From positions 97,859-161,858 of the forward strand of contig CBDAUE010000008.1 in NCBI GenBank assembly GCA_965200595.1: a stretch of DNA of 64,000 bases, written 5' to 3'. The stretch comes from Thermodesulfobacteriota bacterium (GTDB lineage: Bacteria > Desulfobacterota_D > UBA1144 > Nemesobacterales > Nemesobacteraceae). The translations under genes were made by a program, and so were the position numbers. Below the pieces are notes generated by a model. The model did not search any database, was not told where the DNA came from, and worked only from the letters and a program-made list of their open reading frames with translations. Shown one piece after another: positions 29,274 through 37,923 of this stretch (positions within the stretch are counted from its first letter, which is position 1; the number at the start of each line of letters is the position of its first letter).

Positions 29274-29693
29274 CTATACTTTAAGGTGTTTCACAAGGAG
29301 GAAATAAATAATTCCCAGTGAACCGACGAAGGTCATCATTAGGGGAGCAAGCGTCGGGGTGGCACCAGTCATTGACTCAGAAAAGAGCTCCATTCCCGAT
29401 AGGGAAGGCTGGTATTCAAGGGCAAACAGCATGTTGCTGTTGTAATGAAGAACAACTCCCACGGCACCAATGAGCAACATTGCGCTCATACAGACAAAAA
29501 AGATGCGCCCACTCCACGCCCCGGATAACTGAATTCTAAACCAGATAGTCACCAGGATGGCAATATCCAGGATGAAAATAGGAATTCGTTGAGCGGGCTG
29601 TAAATAGTGCTCAAGAAGACCCAGCTCCACTAACGTCCCGACAAGCGTAACGAGGAGGGTGATAAAAACCAGAAATCGAATTCGTTTTGCCAC
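29274..29693 (-). CDS. Hypothetical small membrane protein, last gene of the MacAB-like operon
   Basis: 139-aa hydrophobic ORF starting 11 bp after the permease stop on the same strand. Confidence 0.4.
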   Translation of the reverse strand: MAKRIRFLVFITLLVTLVGTLVELGLLEHYLQPAQRIPIFILDIAILVTIWFRIQLSGAWSGRIFFVCMSAMLLIGAVGVVLHYNSNMLFALEYQPSLSGMELFSESMTGATPTLAPLMMTFVGSLGIIYFLLVKHLKV

Positions 29694-29703
29694 GGAGAGA
29701 AGT

Positions 29704-30921
29704 CTACTCGTAGCGTAGTGCGTCGATAGGGTTCAGTGCAGCGGCTTTCCTGGCGGGATAGAACCCGAAGAATATTCCCACCCCTGCAGAGAAAATCAAC
29801 GCAATCAGAACAGTCTCAGGGGAAATGGTCGTACTCCATCCCGTAGCACCGCCTACTATACGCGCTCCACCAAAGCCTATACCAACCCCGATAAGGCCTC
29901 CAATTAAACTCATCACGATGCTTTCTACCAAAAACTGTGTTAGCACGTCCCGTCCACGAGCGCCAATGGCCATTCTGATGCCAATTTCACGTGTCCGTTC
30001 GGTAACCGAAACGAGCATGATGTTCATGATTCCAATACCTCCAACGAGCAGAGAGATCGAGGCTATAGCAGCGAGAAGCATCGTCATAACCTGCGTGGTG
30101 CCCTGGGCCGCGTCGGCAAGATCATTCTGGTTACGAACGGTGAAATCGTTCTCCTCCCATTCCGATAACTTATGCGACTCCCGCATGATGAGAGTGATTT
30201 CATCCTGCGCCAAAGGAATATCTTTCGGTGAGGAAGTATTGGCCATGATCTGAAAGATTCTGCTCCATCCGCTCAGACGTGTCTGTACCGTGGTATAAGG
30301 GGCAAGAATGACGTCGTCCTGATCGTTGCCATCGGGTGTTTGCCCCTTGGGTTCTAGTACGCCAACAATTTCCACAGGCACGTTACGAATTTGTACTCGG
30401 CGACCTACGGGGTCTTCACCAGGAAAAAGTTGCTCATAAACAGTGTGACCCAGCACCACGACGCGGCGCTGTGAACGAAGCTCGCTGGCGTCAAAAAAGC
30501 GTCCGTACTTCAGGTCCCAGTCTCTGATCAGGGGGTAGTCTTCGGAAACTCCGTTGATGGAGGTGCGCCAATTTCCAGCGCCTCCGATGACTTGGGTACG
30601 GGTCCACACAATGGGAGAAACCGCATTGATATACAGGCTTTCTCTGCGAATCTTATCCGCATCGTTGATCGTGAGTCGGTTGTAGCTTTGAGCTCCACGA
30701 CTTACCCCACCTGAGGAACTGGATCCCGGAGTGATGACCATAAGGTTTGTGCCCAGATTGTTGATCTGATCCTGAATTTGGCCTTGTGCTCCTTGCCCGA
30801 TTGCGACCATCACGATGACAGCGCCTACCCCGATAACGATACCAAGCATCGTTAGCAGAGTCCGCATCTTGTTTTTCAGAATGCTTTGGGAGGCGACCTT
30901 GATCAGGGTGGAGGCTTTCAT
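29704..30921 (-). CDS. ABC transporter permease, MacB/FtsX family
   Basis: 405 aa. It has an N-terminal TM, a large periplasmic domain and a C-terminal FtsX-like 3-TM bundle. Its start overlaps the ATPase gene by 4 bp. Confidence 0.85.
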   Translation of the reverse strand: MKASTLIKVASQSILKNKMRTLLTMLGIVIGVGAVIVMVAIGQGAQGQIQDQINNLGTNLMVITPGSSSSGGVSRGAQSYNRLTINDADKIRRESLYINAVSPIVWTRTQVIGGAGNWRTSINGVSEDYPLIRDWDLKYGRFFDASELRSQRRVVVLGHTVYEQLFPGEDPVGRRVQIRNVPVEIVGVLEPKGQTPDGNDQDDVILAPYTTVQTRLSGWSRIFQIMANTSSPKDIPLAQDEITLIMRESHKLSEWEENDFTVRNQNDLADAAQGTTQVMTMLLAAIASISLLVGGIGIMNIMLVSVTERTREIGIRMAIGARGRDVLTQFLVESIVMSLIGGLIGVGIGFGGARIVGGATGWSTTISPETVLIALIFSAGVGIFFGFYPARKAAALNPIDALRYE

Positions 30922-31676
30922 GTCAGTGCGGTGGTTTTGGGGTCAGGTATTATCGCCAGGTCGGATTTGGCATCGCGTCTGTTCAAAACGGGCTCATCTC
31001 GAATAATCAAGCCATCCCGAAGCTCAATGATTCGACCTGTGCAGGCAGCGATGTCTGATTCGTGTGTGACAATAAGAATAGTAATTCCTTGATTGTTAAG
31101 CTCCTGAAACAGCGAAAGTACCTCTACTGAGGTACGGCTGTCGAGATTACCGGTCGGTTCGTCAGCTAACAGTATCGCGGGGGAAGATACCAGGGCGCGA
31201 GCGATGGCAACGCGCTGCTGCTGGCCACCCGAAAGTTCGTTTGGTTCGTGATCCATGCGATCTCCTAGCCCTACACGTTCCAAGGCCTCCTGTGCAAGAG
31301 CACGAATCTTGATTTTACGACCGCTACGGTCATAAAGGAGCGGAAGTTCAACATTTTCAAGAGCAGAGGTCCGGGCTAACAGGTTGAATCCCTGAAAAAC
31401 AAAACCGATTTTCTGGTTGCGGATATCGGCAAGGGCATTTTTTTCAAGCTTCTCCACCTGGACTCCATCCAGCGCATAGGTGCCATCGGTGGGATAGTCC
31501 AGACAACCGATGATATTCATCAGGGTAGATTTTCCTGAGCCGGAAGCGCCGACGATAGCAATCATTTCTCCACGCCGAACGGTGAGGTCGATCCCGCGAA
31601 GGGCGTGCACCTCATTTTTGCCCATGCTATAAACCTTGCGTACGCCTTGCGTACGCATCACCACATCATCGCTCAT
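30918..31676 (-). CDS. ABC transporter ATP-binding protein (MacB/LolD-type)
   Basis: 252 aa with Walker [10 protein letters not shown], the signature [15 protein letters not shown], Walker B ILLADEP and an H-loop. Confidence 0.9.
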   Translation of the reverse strand: MSDDVVMRTQGVRKVYSMGKNEVHALRGIDLTVRRGEMIAIVGASGSGKSTLMNIIGCLDYPTDGTYALDGVQVEKLEKNALADIRNQKIGFVFQGFNLLARTSALENVELPLLYDRSGRKIKIRALAQEALERVGLGDRMDHEPNELSGGQQQRVAIARALVSSPAILLADEPTGNLDSRTSVEVLSLFQELNNQGITILIVTHESDIAACTGRIIELRDGLIIRDEPVLNRRDAKSDLAIIPDPKTTALT

Positions 31677-31686
31677 TATGTCGGGT

Positions 31687-32970
31687 TTAAAAACCGCCTG
31701 GACGTCTTCGGGTGTTGTTTTGCTGGAAAGGATTTAGTGTTCTTCCTTCTTCAACCACCGTAACCCCGGCGATAATATCCATTCCAGCGGTTAGCCGCCT
31801 GGAGACAATTTCTGTCATCGTGCCGTCCGTGATTCCGGTACGTACGGGCTCCATAGTGGCTGCCCCAGCTTCATCCAGATACCAAAGCATGGCAAAATCG
31901 CTCATACCACCTCCACCCCCGAATCCTCCTTGGCCACCGCCAAATCCACCGAAGCCACCACCTCCGCCTCTTTCACGACCTTCTCGTCCTTCACCTCCAC
32001 CCCTGCCAGCAGAATCCTGACGAGCTTCCATGCGTGCACGAAGATCAGCCCACATGGATTCCGTAGGACGAAAGCGCAAAGCGGCGTTAGGAACCTTGAG
32101 GACATCACCGGCAGTTTCGATAAGGAAATCCACAGTGGCAGTCATGCCAGGGAGAAGACGACCGTCAGAATTATCAACCTGCACAGCCACGGTATAGTTC
32201 ACGACGTTTTCCAGCGTAGTTGACTGAAGGCGTACCTGGTGAACAATGCCTTCAAAGGTTTCCTCAGGATAGGCCTGAACGGTAAATCGGACAGCCTGCC
32301 CCTGCTTAATAGTTCCTATATCACTTTCATCCACGGATGCCAGAATTTCCATACTGGTGAGATCCTGGCCTATAAGGAACAGCTGAGGCGCAGAAAAGCT
32401 GGCAGCAACTGTCTGACCCACATCTACATTACGCTCGATGACTGTTCCAGAGACAGGTGCAAAAATTGTGGCATAGGACATGTTCTGACGGGCCCGCTCA
32501 AGGCTGATTTGAGCAGATTTGGATGAAGCAATAGCGATGTCGAGATTGTATTCCGCCTGATTGTACTCTACCTCGGTAGTAAACTGCTTCTCAAACAGTG
32601 GTTTCAAGCGATCGAACTCACGTTGTGCCTGCCTCCGCTGAGCCTCGATACGCTCAAGATTCGCCTCAGCGTCACGTACGGCGCTAACCAGAAGTGTCGT
32701 ATCGATACGTGCGATGATTTGCCCCCTGCGGACAATGTCATTAAAGTCAACGTATATGTGGGAAATGATTCCTGAAACCTGGGTACCCACCTGTACGGTG
32801 GTGACCGGGTTAAGTGTGCCGGTGCTGGATACGATAGCCTCCAGATCTCCCTGTTCCAGTGTTACAAAGCGATAGGGGCTTTGAACCTCTGCTGCGCCGC
32901 GGTTGATATACCACAGCACACCTACGCCCACAACGGCAACTATCCCGACTATCGTAACAAATTGCTTCAT
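31687..32970 (-). CDS. Efflux periplasmic adaptor subunit (HlyD/MacA family) with a Gly-rich low-complexity insert
   Basis: 427 aa with an N-terminal TM, a biotinyl/lipoyl-like hairpin and a coiled coil. The insert is an unusual stretch RGGGEGREGRERGGGGGFGGFGGGQGGFGGGGG near the C-terminal third. It is the first gene of the operon with the ABC pair. Confidence 0.8.
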   Translation of the reverse strand: MKQFVTIVGIVAVVGVGVLWYINRGAAEVQSPYRFVTLEQGDLEAIVSSTGTLNPVTTVQVGTQVSGIISHIYVDFNDIVRRGQIIARIDTTLLVSAVRDAEANLERIEAQRRQAQREFDRLKPLFEKQFTTEVEYNQAEYNLDIAIASSKSAQISLERARQNMSYATIFAPVSGTVIERNVDVGQTVAASFSAPQLFLIGQDLTSMEILASVDESDIGTIKQGQAVRFTVQAYPEETFEGIVHQVRLQSTTLENVVNYTVAVQVDNSDGRLLPGMTATVDFLIETAGDVLKVPNAALRFRPTESMWADLRARMEARQDSAGRGGGEGREGRERGGGGGFGGFGGGQGGFGGGGGMSDFAMLWYLDEAGAATMEPVRTGITDGTMTEIVSRRLTAGMDIIAGVTVVEEGRTLNPFQQNNTRRRPGGF

Positions 32971-32992
32971 AACGGTTATGAGTAATAAATGA

Positions 32993-33505
32993 CTACCACC
33001 AGGGTCCGAGATATAAGACCAACCTTGATGTGATGTTTCGAGAAAGCGAGGAGAAGGGACGGATAGTCAACGAATCCACTAAGGATTGAAAAAGGGAGAC
33101 TCTTCCCACGGGTACGCGATTTTGGGGTGGTGTTACTGCTAAAATCCAGGTGGAGCCACTGAATCTATCTCTCCTCCGAGCAGGATTAAATTTCGGGTAG
33201 CGTGTAGCTGTACCGGCCTGTTCGAAGTGAAAGGACTTTCGCCAGTAGACCCAGATTCGCCAGCCGGGCACATCATGCCAGAATAGTATGCGGAGTGACT
33301 TTGCCTGAACTGTTCTGTTAGCTGACACTTTTTTTCGCACCGCATTAATGATGTCCCCTAAAAAATGAGCAACATCAGCCCGATTTTTTCTTGTCTTCGA
33401 GGATGCCGATTCTTCAGGGTGTGCCAGAATGAAACACGCCGCAATAGCCAGTGGATCAAGCTGACACAGGTCCCCTTTACCGTTGAAGTAGGTGAGGGTT
33501 TTCAT
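32993..33505 (-). CDS. Hypothetical ORF upstream of the adaptor gene. Its composition after about 40 aa is odd (W/R-rich), so it may be a gene remnant.
   Basis: 170-aa ORF with no recognisable family. It is listed only because it fills the gap. Confidence 0.2.
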   Translation of the reverse strand: MKTLTYFNGKGDLCQLDPLAIAACFILAHPEESASSKTRKNRADVAHFLGDIINAVRKKVSANRTVQAKSLRILFWHDVPGWRIWVYWRKSFHFEQAGTATRYPKFNPARRRDRFSGSTWILAVTPPQNRVPVGRVSLFQSLVDSLTIRPFSSLSRNITSRLVLYLGPWW

Positions 33506-33834
33506 GTCAGTTAGTGGTAACCAGTGGTAAGGTACAGGCTTGCTGCCTTGACTGAAAATGCTGCATTTCGGGCTAGCGCCAAGCTGGATTTCCAGCTATG
33601 AAATGATTTGTTTCCCGTTAAAACGATGCGATCCCACTCAGTCATCAAATGTACCGTTGAACTTCCAGCACAGCAGGTACCAGGAAAAACTTGCTGTGCC
33701 GACTGCAAGTTTTCTACCGGGAACATCCATGATCCAGTCTCAGGATCCACTGGAGAAGAGATCATACGCCATTCATCTTATCAGGATGAGAAGGGGAGCA
33801 ATTCAGCCAAAAGCCGACAGAACAAAATCTTCCG

Positions 33835-34236
33835 CTATTGGCCTCGTCTAGGCCTCCGCCTTTCGCGTTGACTCAGGAGAAAGCTTTTATAAGCTTTCAT
33901 CTGCTCCTCAGAAAGAATGGTGGCAAGGGTTTTCTCAGTTTTCGTGTCGATAGTACCCATCGCCTCACGCATGCCCATGCGACTTCCTCTTTCTCCCCGC
34001 ATCTTTGCCTGGAGAGCAATTATTTGTTCGTTTCTGTCGATAAGGACAGAACGGACCGTGTCGGCTACCTCTCCGGTAAGTTCCAGATGCTTGATGACCG
34101 CTTCAGTTTGCTCAGCCATCCGAGCAGCCGTAGCACCAGGAGCAAGAGATCTCCGGGGCTGCTGTTGAGCAAAGACAGCAGTCGCGCACATTAGCGAGAG
34201 GAAAAAGAAGGAAAAAAGGTTTACAGAAACTTTCAT
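33835..34236 (-). CDS. Small secreted periplasmic protein, possibly of the Spy/CpxP-like LTXXQ family
   Basis: 133 aa with a signal peptide (FFFLSLMCATAVFAQQ). Two L-T/S-x-E-Q/V-like helical motifs (HLELTGEV, LSEEQMKAY) sit in a charged, helical sequence. Confidence 0.4.
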   Translation of the reverse strand: MKVSVNLFSFFFLSLMCATAVFAQQQPRRSLAPGATAARMAEQTEAVIKHLELTGEVADTVRSVLIDRNEQIIALQAKMRGERGSRMGMREAMGTIDTKTEKTLATILSEEQMKAYKSFLLSQRERRRPRRGQ

Positions 34237-34436
34237 GACGAGAAAAGAGAATGTGAGAAACGAAACTAGTATATAGATTCATCGAAGACCCGATTCTTTC
34301 CACCAACTGGAAATATATTTTGCAAACGCTTGCATCAAAAAACGTTTAACAACATGAACGATACTATAGATACTATAGTTGTGTATTACTATTCTGCTAT
34401 AATGGCGTCTCTTTAAGTAAATCATCAAGACTGACA

Positions 34437-35630
34437 ATGGGCTACAAAGGTACAATTGGAATTCTCACAGGCGGCGGGGATGTCCCCGGTCTGAATCCTG
34501 CAATCCGCGCTGTTACCGTCCGTGCCATGCACGAAGGGTATCGTGTAATTGGCATTAGAAGAGGGTGGGCAGGTTTAGTAGAGGTGATTCCCGATCCGGA
34601 AGCAGATAACAGTGAAAACTTTATCGTTTTGTCGGAAACGATTGTTAATCCCGCTGCCCGTACCGGGGGGACTTTTTTACATAGCTCTCGCACACGTCCC
34701 AGCCATTTGCCCAAGACGAATGTTCCGCCGCATCTAAGGTCGAAGTATACCGATGAAATTAATGACGTTACCCCGGAGATTCTTAAAAACATCGAGTTTA
34801 TGGGCCTGGACTATCTCATCCCCATAGGGGGGGATGACACGCTCAGTTATGGCTACAGGTTGCACAAGGAGGGAGTCAAAGTGGTGGCAATACCGAAAAC
34901 CATGGATAACGACGTCCCGGGAACAGACTACTGCATAGGGTTCGGGACGTGCGTCACGCGTACCCTGGAACTGTCACATACGCTACGTACCTCTGCTGGA
35001 TCGCACGAACGTTTTCTGGTGATCGAGGTTTTTGGGCGCTATGCAGGGTACTCGGCCCTGCTACCCACTATGGCTGGTGCTGCCGATCGGTGTGTGATTC
35101 CAGAAGTAGATTTTGATATTGAACACTTGGCAGAGCTGATGGTCTACGACAGAAACCGTCGTAGCAGCAAATACTCTGTGGTACTTATTTCGGAGGGAGC
35201 AAAAATTAAAGGTGATGCGGCTATGTCGTTCCTGGGCCAGGAGAAGGACCAGTACGGTCATGCGAAGCTTGGCGGGATCGGCGTACGCGTAGGAAGCGAG
35301 CTTAAGCGCTTGTCGACAAAGTACAACAATGGAAAGCGGATCAACGTCGTGAACCAGCGTTTGGGCTATCTGGTGCGCTGCGGTGCTCCCGATGCACTGG
35401 ATTGTATCGTGCCCATGGCTTTCGGTAACCTGGCACTGGATCTCCTTCTGGAGGGCGTATCGGGTAAACTGGTCAATATCCACGATGGTATCTACGGAAG
35501 CACTTCACTGGAGTGTATCAACGCCCCCCACAAGGTCGTAGATGTCAACAGATTCTATAATCAGGAACGGTTATGTCCAAACTATCTGGCCTTTGACGGC
35601 GTCCCCCTGTTTGTGATGACAGCGGACTAG
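34437..35630 (+). CDS. pfp: 6-phosphofructokinase, probably pyrophosphate-dependent (PPi-PFK)
   Basis: 397 aa with GGGDVPGLN and the GGDDT plus PKTMDND motifs. The Asp and Lys at these positions are, from memory, characteristic of PPi- rather than ATP-dependent PFKs. Confidence 0.85.
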   Translation: MGYKGTIGILTGGGDVPGLNPAIRAVTVRAMHEGYRVIGIRRGWAGLVEVIPDPEADNSENFIVLSETIVNPAARTGGTFLHSSRTRPSHLPKTNVPPHLRSKYTDEINDVTPEILKNIEFMGLDYLIPIGGDDTLSYGYRLHKEGVKVVAIPKTMDNDVPGTDYCIGFGTCVTRTLELSHTLRTSAGSHERFLVIEVFGRYAGYSALLPTMAGAADRCVIPEVDFDIEHLAELMVYDRNRRSSKYSVVLISEGAKIKGDAAMSFLGQEKDQYGHAKLGGIGVRVGSELKRLSTKYNNGKRINVVNQRLGYLVRCGAPDALDCIVPMAFGNLALDLLLEGVSGKLVNIHDGIYGSTSLECINAPHKVVDVNRFYNQERLCPNYLAFDGVPLFVMTAD

Positions 35631-35697
35631 ATTCGGACCTGCAAAAGGTCGGATAGCGTGAACCCGCATTCGGTGTTGGGTATAGCTAACTTTCCTG

Positions 35698-37254
35698 ATG
35701 TACCTCCAGGCACATCGTTCAAAACTGGTTTCTATGCGAAGTATAGCGCTTGTGTTTGCTTTATTGCTTCCGGCCGCAGTTTTCGGCCAGGAGGTGTCTG
35801 TGAAATCTATCCCCATAGCGACGGGCAGTCAGTTTTTACTGTATCCCTCAGTTTCAGCTGCAATGGGGGGTGTCAGTATTGCTGTTGATGACCCTTGGGG
35901 CGACCCCTTCGTTAATCCCGCCAAGGGTAGTGGCATTTCCAGCAGCATTTTCACAGCGACCCCACAATTCTATTCCATAGGAAGGTCAACCAGTGGGTTG
36001 GGCCACTCCGCCTACACCTTGCCCGTCACCGTGTTAGGTCGCTATAGACAATACTTTGGGGGGATTGGGTTGGCATGGCAGGAGATGACTCGCCAAGAGC
36101 AGAATGACTGTTGCTGGGTATTTTCGGAGTCTTTGACCAGTTCCTTCGCGACCCTGTTGGACGTGGCGCCACAGGGAGGGATCTCGCGGAGAAACCTGTA
36201 TCTCACACTATTTGGAGGTAAGGAACTAAGCAAAGGGCTAAGTGTCGGGTTCAGTGTTTTCGCAGCCGGCCTCGCAGGGGTTGAAGGCGTGCAGCTGCTC
36301 TATGGTCAGGGAGATGATGTCGATCAGGAAGGCGGAATGGCGACATACAAGGTCGGCCTCAGTCAGCGATGGGAGAGTGGCCGCACAGCAGAAGTGATTT
36401 TGCAACATAATCGGTTCAAAATGTCCCATACCATTACATCCGTGTTTTGGGATGGAGACTGGGACGATGGTCAGTGGCGCTCGGAACAGCGTCTGGAGAA
36501 GGACGAGACCAATGGCGTAGCCCTCAGGCTTGGTTATTCCCAGCCACTCTCAAAAGGGTGGACCATCGGGGCCCGACTGGTTGGGGATTGGAAATCACAC
36601 CCCAAGATTCCCAACTATGACCTGATGCAGATACCGAGAGATCCAGGAAATACCGGAGCTTACAATATACCGAGAGGTCCAGGAAACACCGGGGCCTACA
36701 ATGTAGGGATAGGTTTTTCTCGGGTTATCAGAAAGACCACGTTAGCTTTTGATGTGATCTATGAGCCCATTTGGAGTCACACCTGGGCGTACGCTGAAGA
36801 GGATATTGTGTTTGATGATTTACCTCCCATCAAGGCTGGAGAGAAAGCTGTCGAAAACTTCTTTCGCTTCAATAACAGTCACTTTCGGATTGGAGTCCAA
36901 CAGAAGGGTTCACGGATAGAGTTTGGGATGGGGCTGAATCTGCACGCAATCAGTTATCGCTTGGAGCAGGAGAATTTTGTCGGTCGATTTGAGCGTACTC
37001 TGGATGAATCGTGGGGAGAGTGGACACTTACGGCCAGCCTGGGATATGATTTTAAAGGATTCCTGCTGAAGTACTTGAGTATTCTGACATGGGGCACCGG
37101 TCAGCCAGGGATTTTAAATCGGGGTTTCTCCGAAGCAGGAGATGGCCTCCTGAACAATAGCAGCTTTGTGGCTGCTCCCGCTGGGGCATTGGGCCTGATT
37201 GATGCTCGCGTCTGGACGCATCGCCTGACACTAGTTGTGCCTTTGACAGAGTAG
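35698..37254 (+). CDS. Putative secreted / outer-membrane beta-rich protein, family unknown. It has a signal peptide; the likely start is the M at 35734.
   Basis: 518 aa with alternating hydrophobic/polar strands rich in G/S/T/Y/W, suggestive of a beta-barrel. It lies between pfk and nfeD-flotillin on the same strand. A second copy is at 13315..14835. Confidence 0.55.
   Translation: MYLQAHRSKLVSMRSIALVFALLLPAAVFGQEVSVKSIPIATGSQFLLYPSVSAAMGGVSIAVDDPWGDPFVNPAKGSGISSSIFTATPQFYSIGRSTSGLGHSAYTLPVTVLGRYRQYFGGIGLAWQEMTRQEQNDCCWVFSESLTSSFATLLDVAPQGGISRRNLYLTLFGGKELSKGLSVGFSVFAAGLAGVEGVQLLYGQGDDVDQEGGMATYKVGLSQRWESGRTAEVILQHNRFKMSHTITSVFWDGDWDDGQWRSEQRLEKDETNGVALRLGYSQPLSKGWTIGARLVGDWKSHPKIPNYDLMQIPRDPGNTGAYNIPRGPGNTGAYNVGIGFSRVIRKTTLAFDVIYEPIWSHTWAYAEEDIVFDDLPPIKAGEKAVENFFRFNNSHFRIGVQQKGSRIEFGMGLNLHAISYRLEQENFVGRFERTLDESWGEWTLTASLGYDFKGFLLKYLSILTWGTGQPGILNRGFSEAGDGLLNNSSFVAAPAGALGLIDARVWTHRLTLVVPLTE
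36634..36705 (+). repeat. Imperfect 36-bp (12-aa) tandem duplication inside the ORF (PRDPGNTGAYNI / PRGPGNTGAYNV). The copy at 14251..14286 has a single unit.
   Basis: Read directly from the sequence. The units differ at 5 of 36 nt. Confidence 0.7.
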
Positions 37255-37323
37255 CGATCCAGGGCTACATCCCGCCAGCAACCGGCTATCACAACCGGCG
37301 TAAACTATGGTGTAGCCGGGAGC

Positions 37324-37908
37324 ATGACTCGGTCGGACGACCGAACGAATATGGATACATTATACTGGGCAACGCTAATCGTAGGTGGGGTTTTTGTGCT
37401 GGCCGCAATCTTTGGTGGCGGTGAAACCGATTCTGATGTTGAGGCAGAAGTCGATGTGGACGCTGATGCGGACGTGGACATGGATGCTGATGGGGGTGTT
37501 GGTTGGGTAGACCTTTTCTCGCTCCGAACCATTTTTCTCTTTGCCGCATTTTTTGGTCTGTCAGGTGTTTTGCTTTCTCTGACAGGAATAAGTGAGCTGG
37601 CGAGAGGGCTGATTTCCCTGTTTACCGGACTGGGCGTTGGGCTGGTGGGTAACCTGGTAATAAAGCGCATCGGCTATGAGCATGTATCCAGCACACTGAC
37701 TTCCGGAGATCTGGCAGGAAATACAGCCAAGGTGCTGATCCCGTTTGGCAGTGACGATCTGGGCAAGGTTGAATTAATCAGCAGGGGGCGGCGCGTACAG
37801 CTCCGCGCCTGTGCCTATGAAAATGTCGAAGAGAATTTTGCCACCGGAGACGAGGTGGTAGTGATGCATGTCAAGGATGCGGTCGCACAAGTACTAAAAC
37901 CAAACTAA
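37324..37908 (+). CDS. NfeD-family membrane protein (short form, C-terminal OB-fold beta-domain), partner of the downstream flotillin
   Basis: 194 aa with three TM segments and a C-terminal soluble domain (GNTAKVLIPFG...GDEVVVMHVKDAVAQV). Its position immediately upstream of an SPFH gene is typical of this family. Confidence 0.65.
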   Translation: MTRSDDRTNMDTLYWATLIVGGVFVLAAIFGGGETDSDVEAEVDVDADADVDMDADGGVGWVDLFSLRTIFLFAAFFGLSGVLLSLTGISELARGLISLFTGLGVGLVGNLVIKRIGYEHVSSTLTSGDLAGNTAKVLIPFGSDDLGKVELISRGRRVQLRACAYENVEENFATGDEVVVMHVKDAVAQVLKPN

Positions 37909-37923
37909 AAAAACTACTGTTCA

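Larger units (their letters stand above)
34888..37569 (+). repeat. Parental copy of the 2.68-kb duplicated segment (3' two-thirds of pfk, the intergenic region, the 518-aa ORF, and the 5' 246 nt of nfeD)
   Basis: See the repeat at 12630..15273. The genes here are intact and in operon context. Confidence 0.85.

Noticed and set aside
32993-33505. Possible regulator of the MacAB-like operon
   Set aside because: The ORF sits where a TetR- or MarR-type regulator might be, but it shows no helix-turn-helix pattern. Its sequence after ~40 aa looks non-protein-like, so I kept it only as a low-confidence hypothetical.
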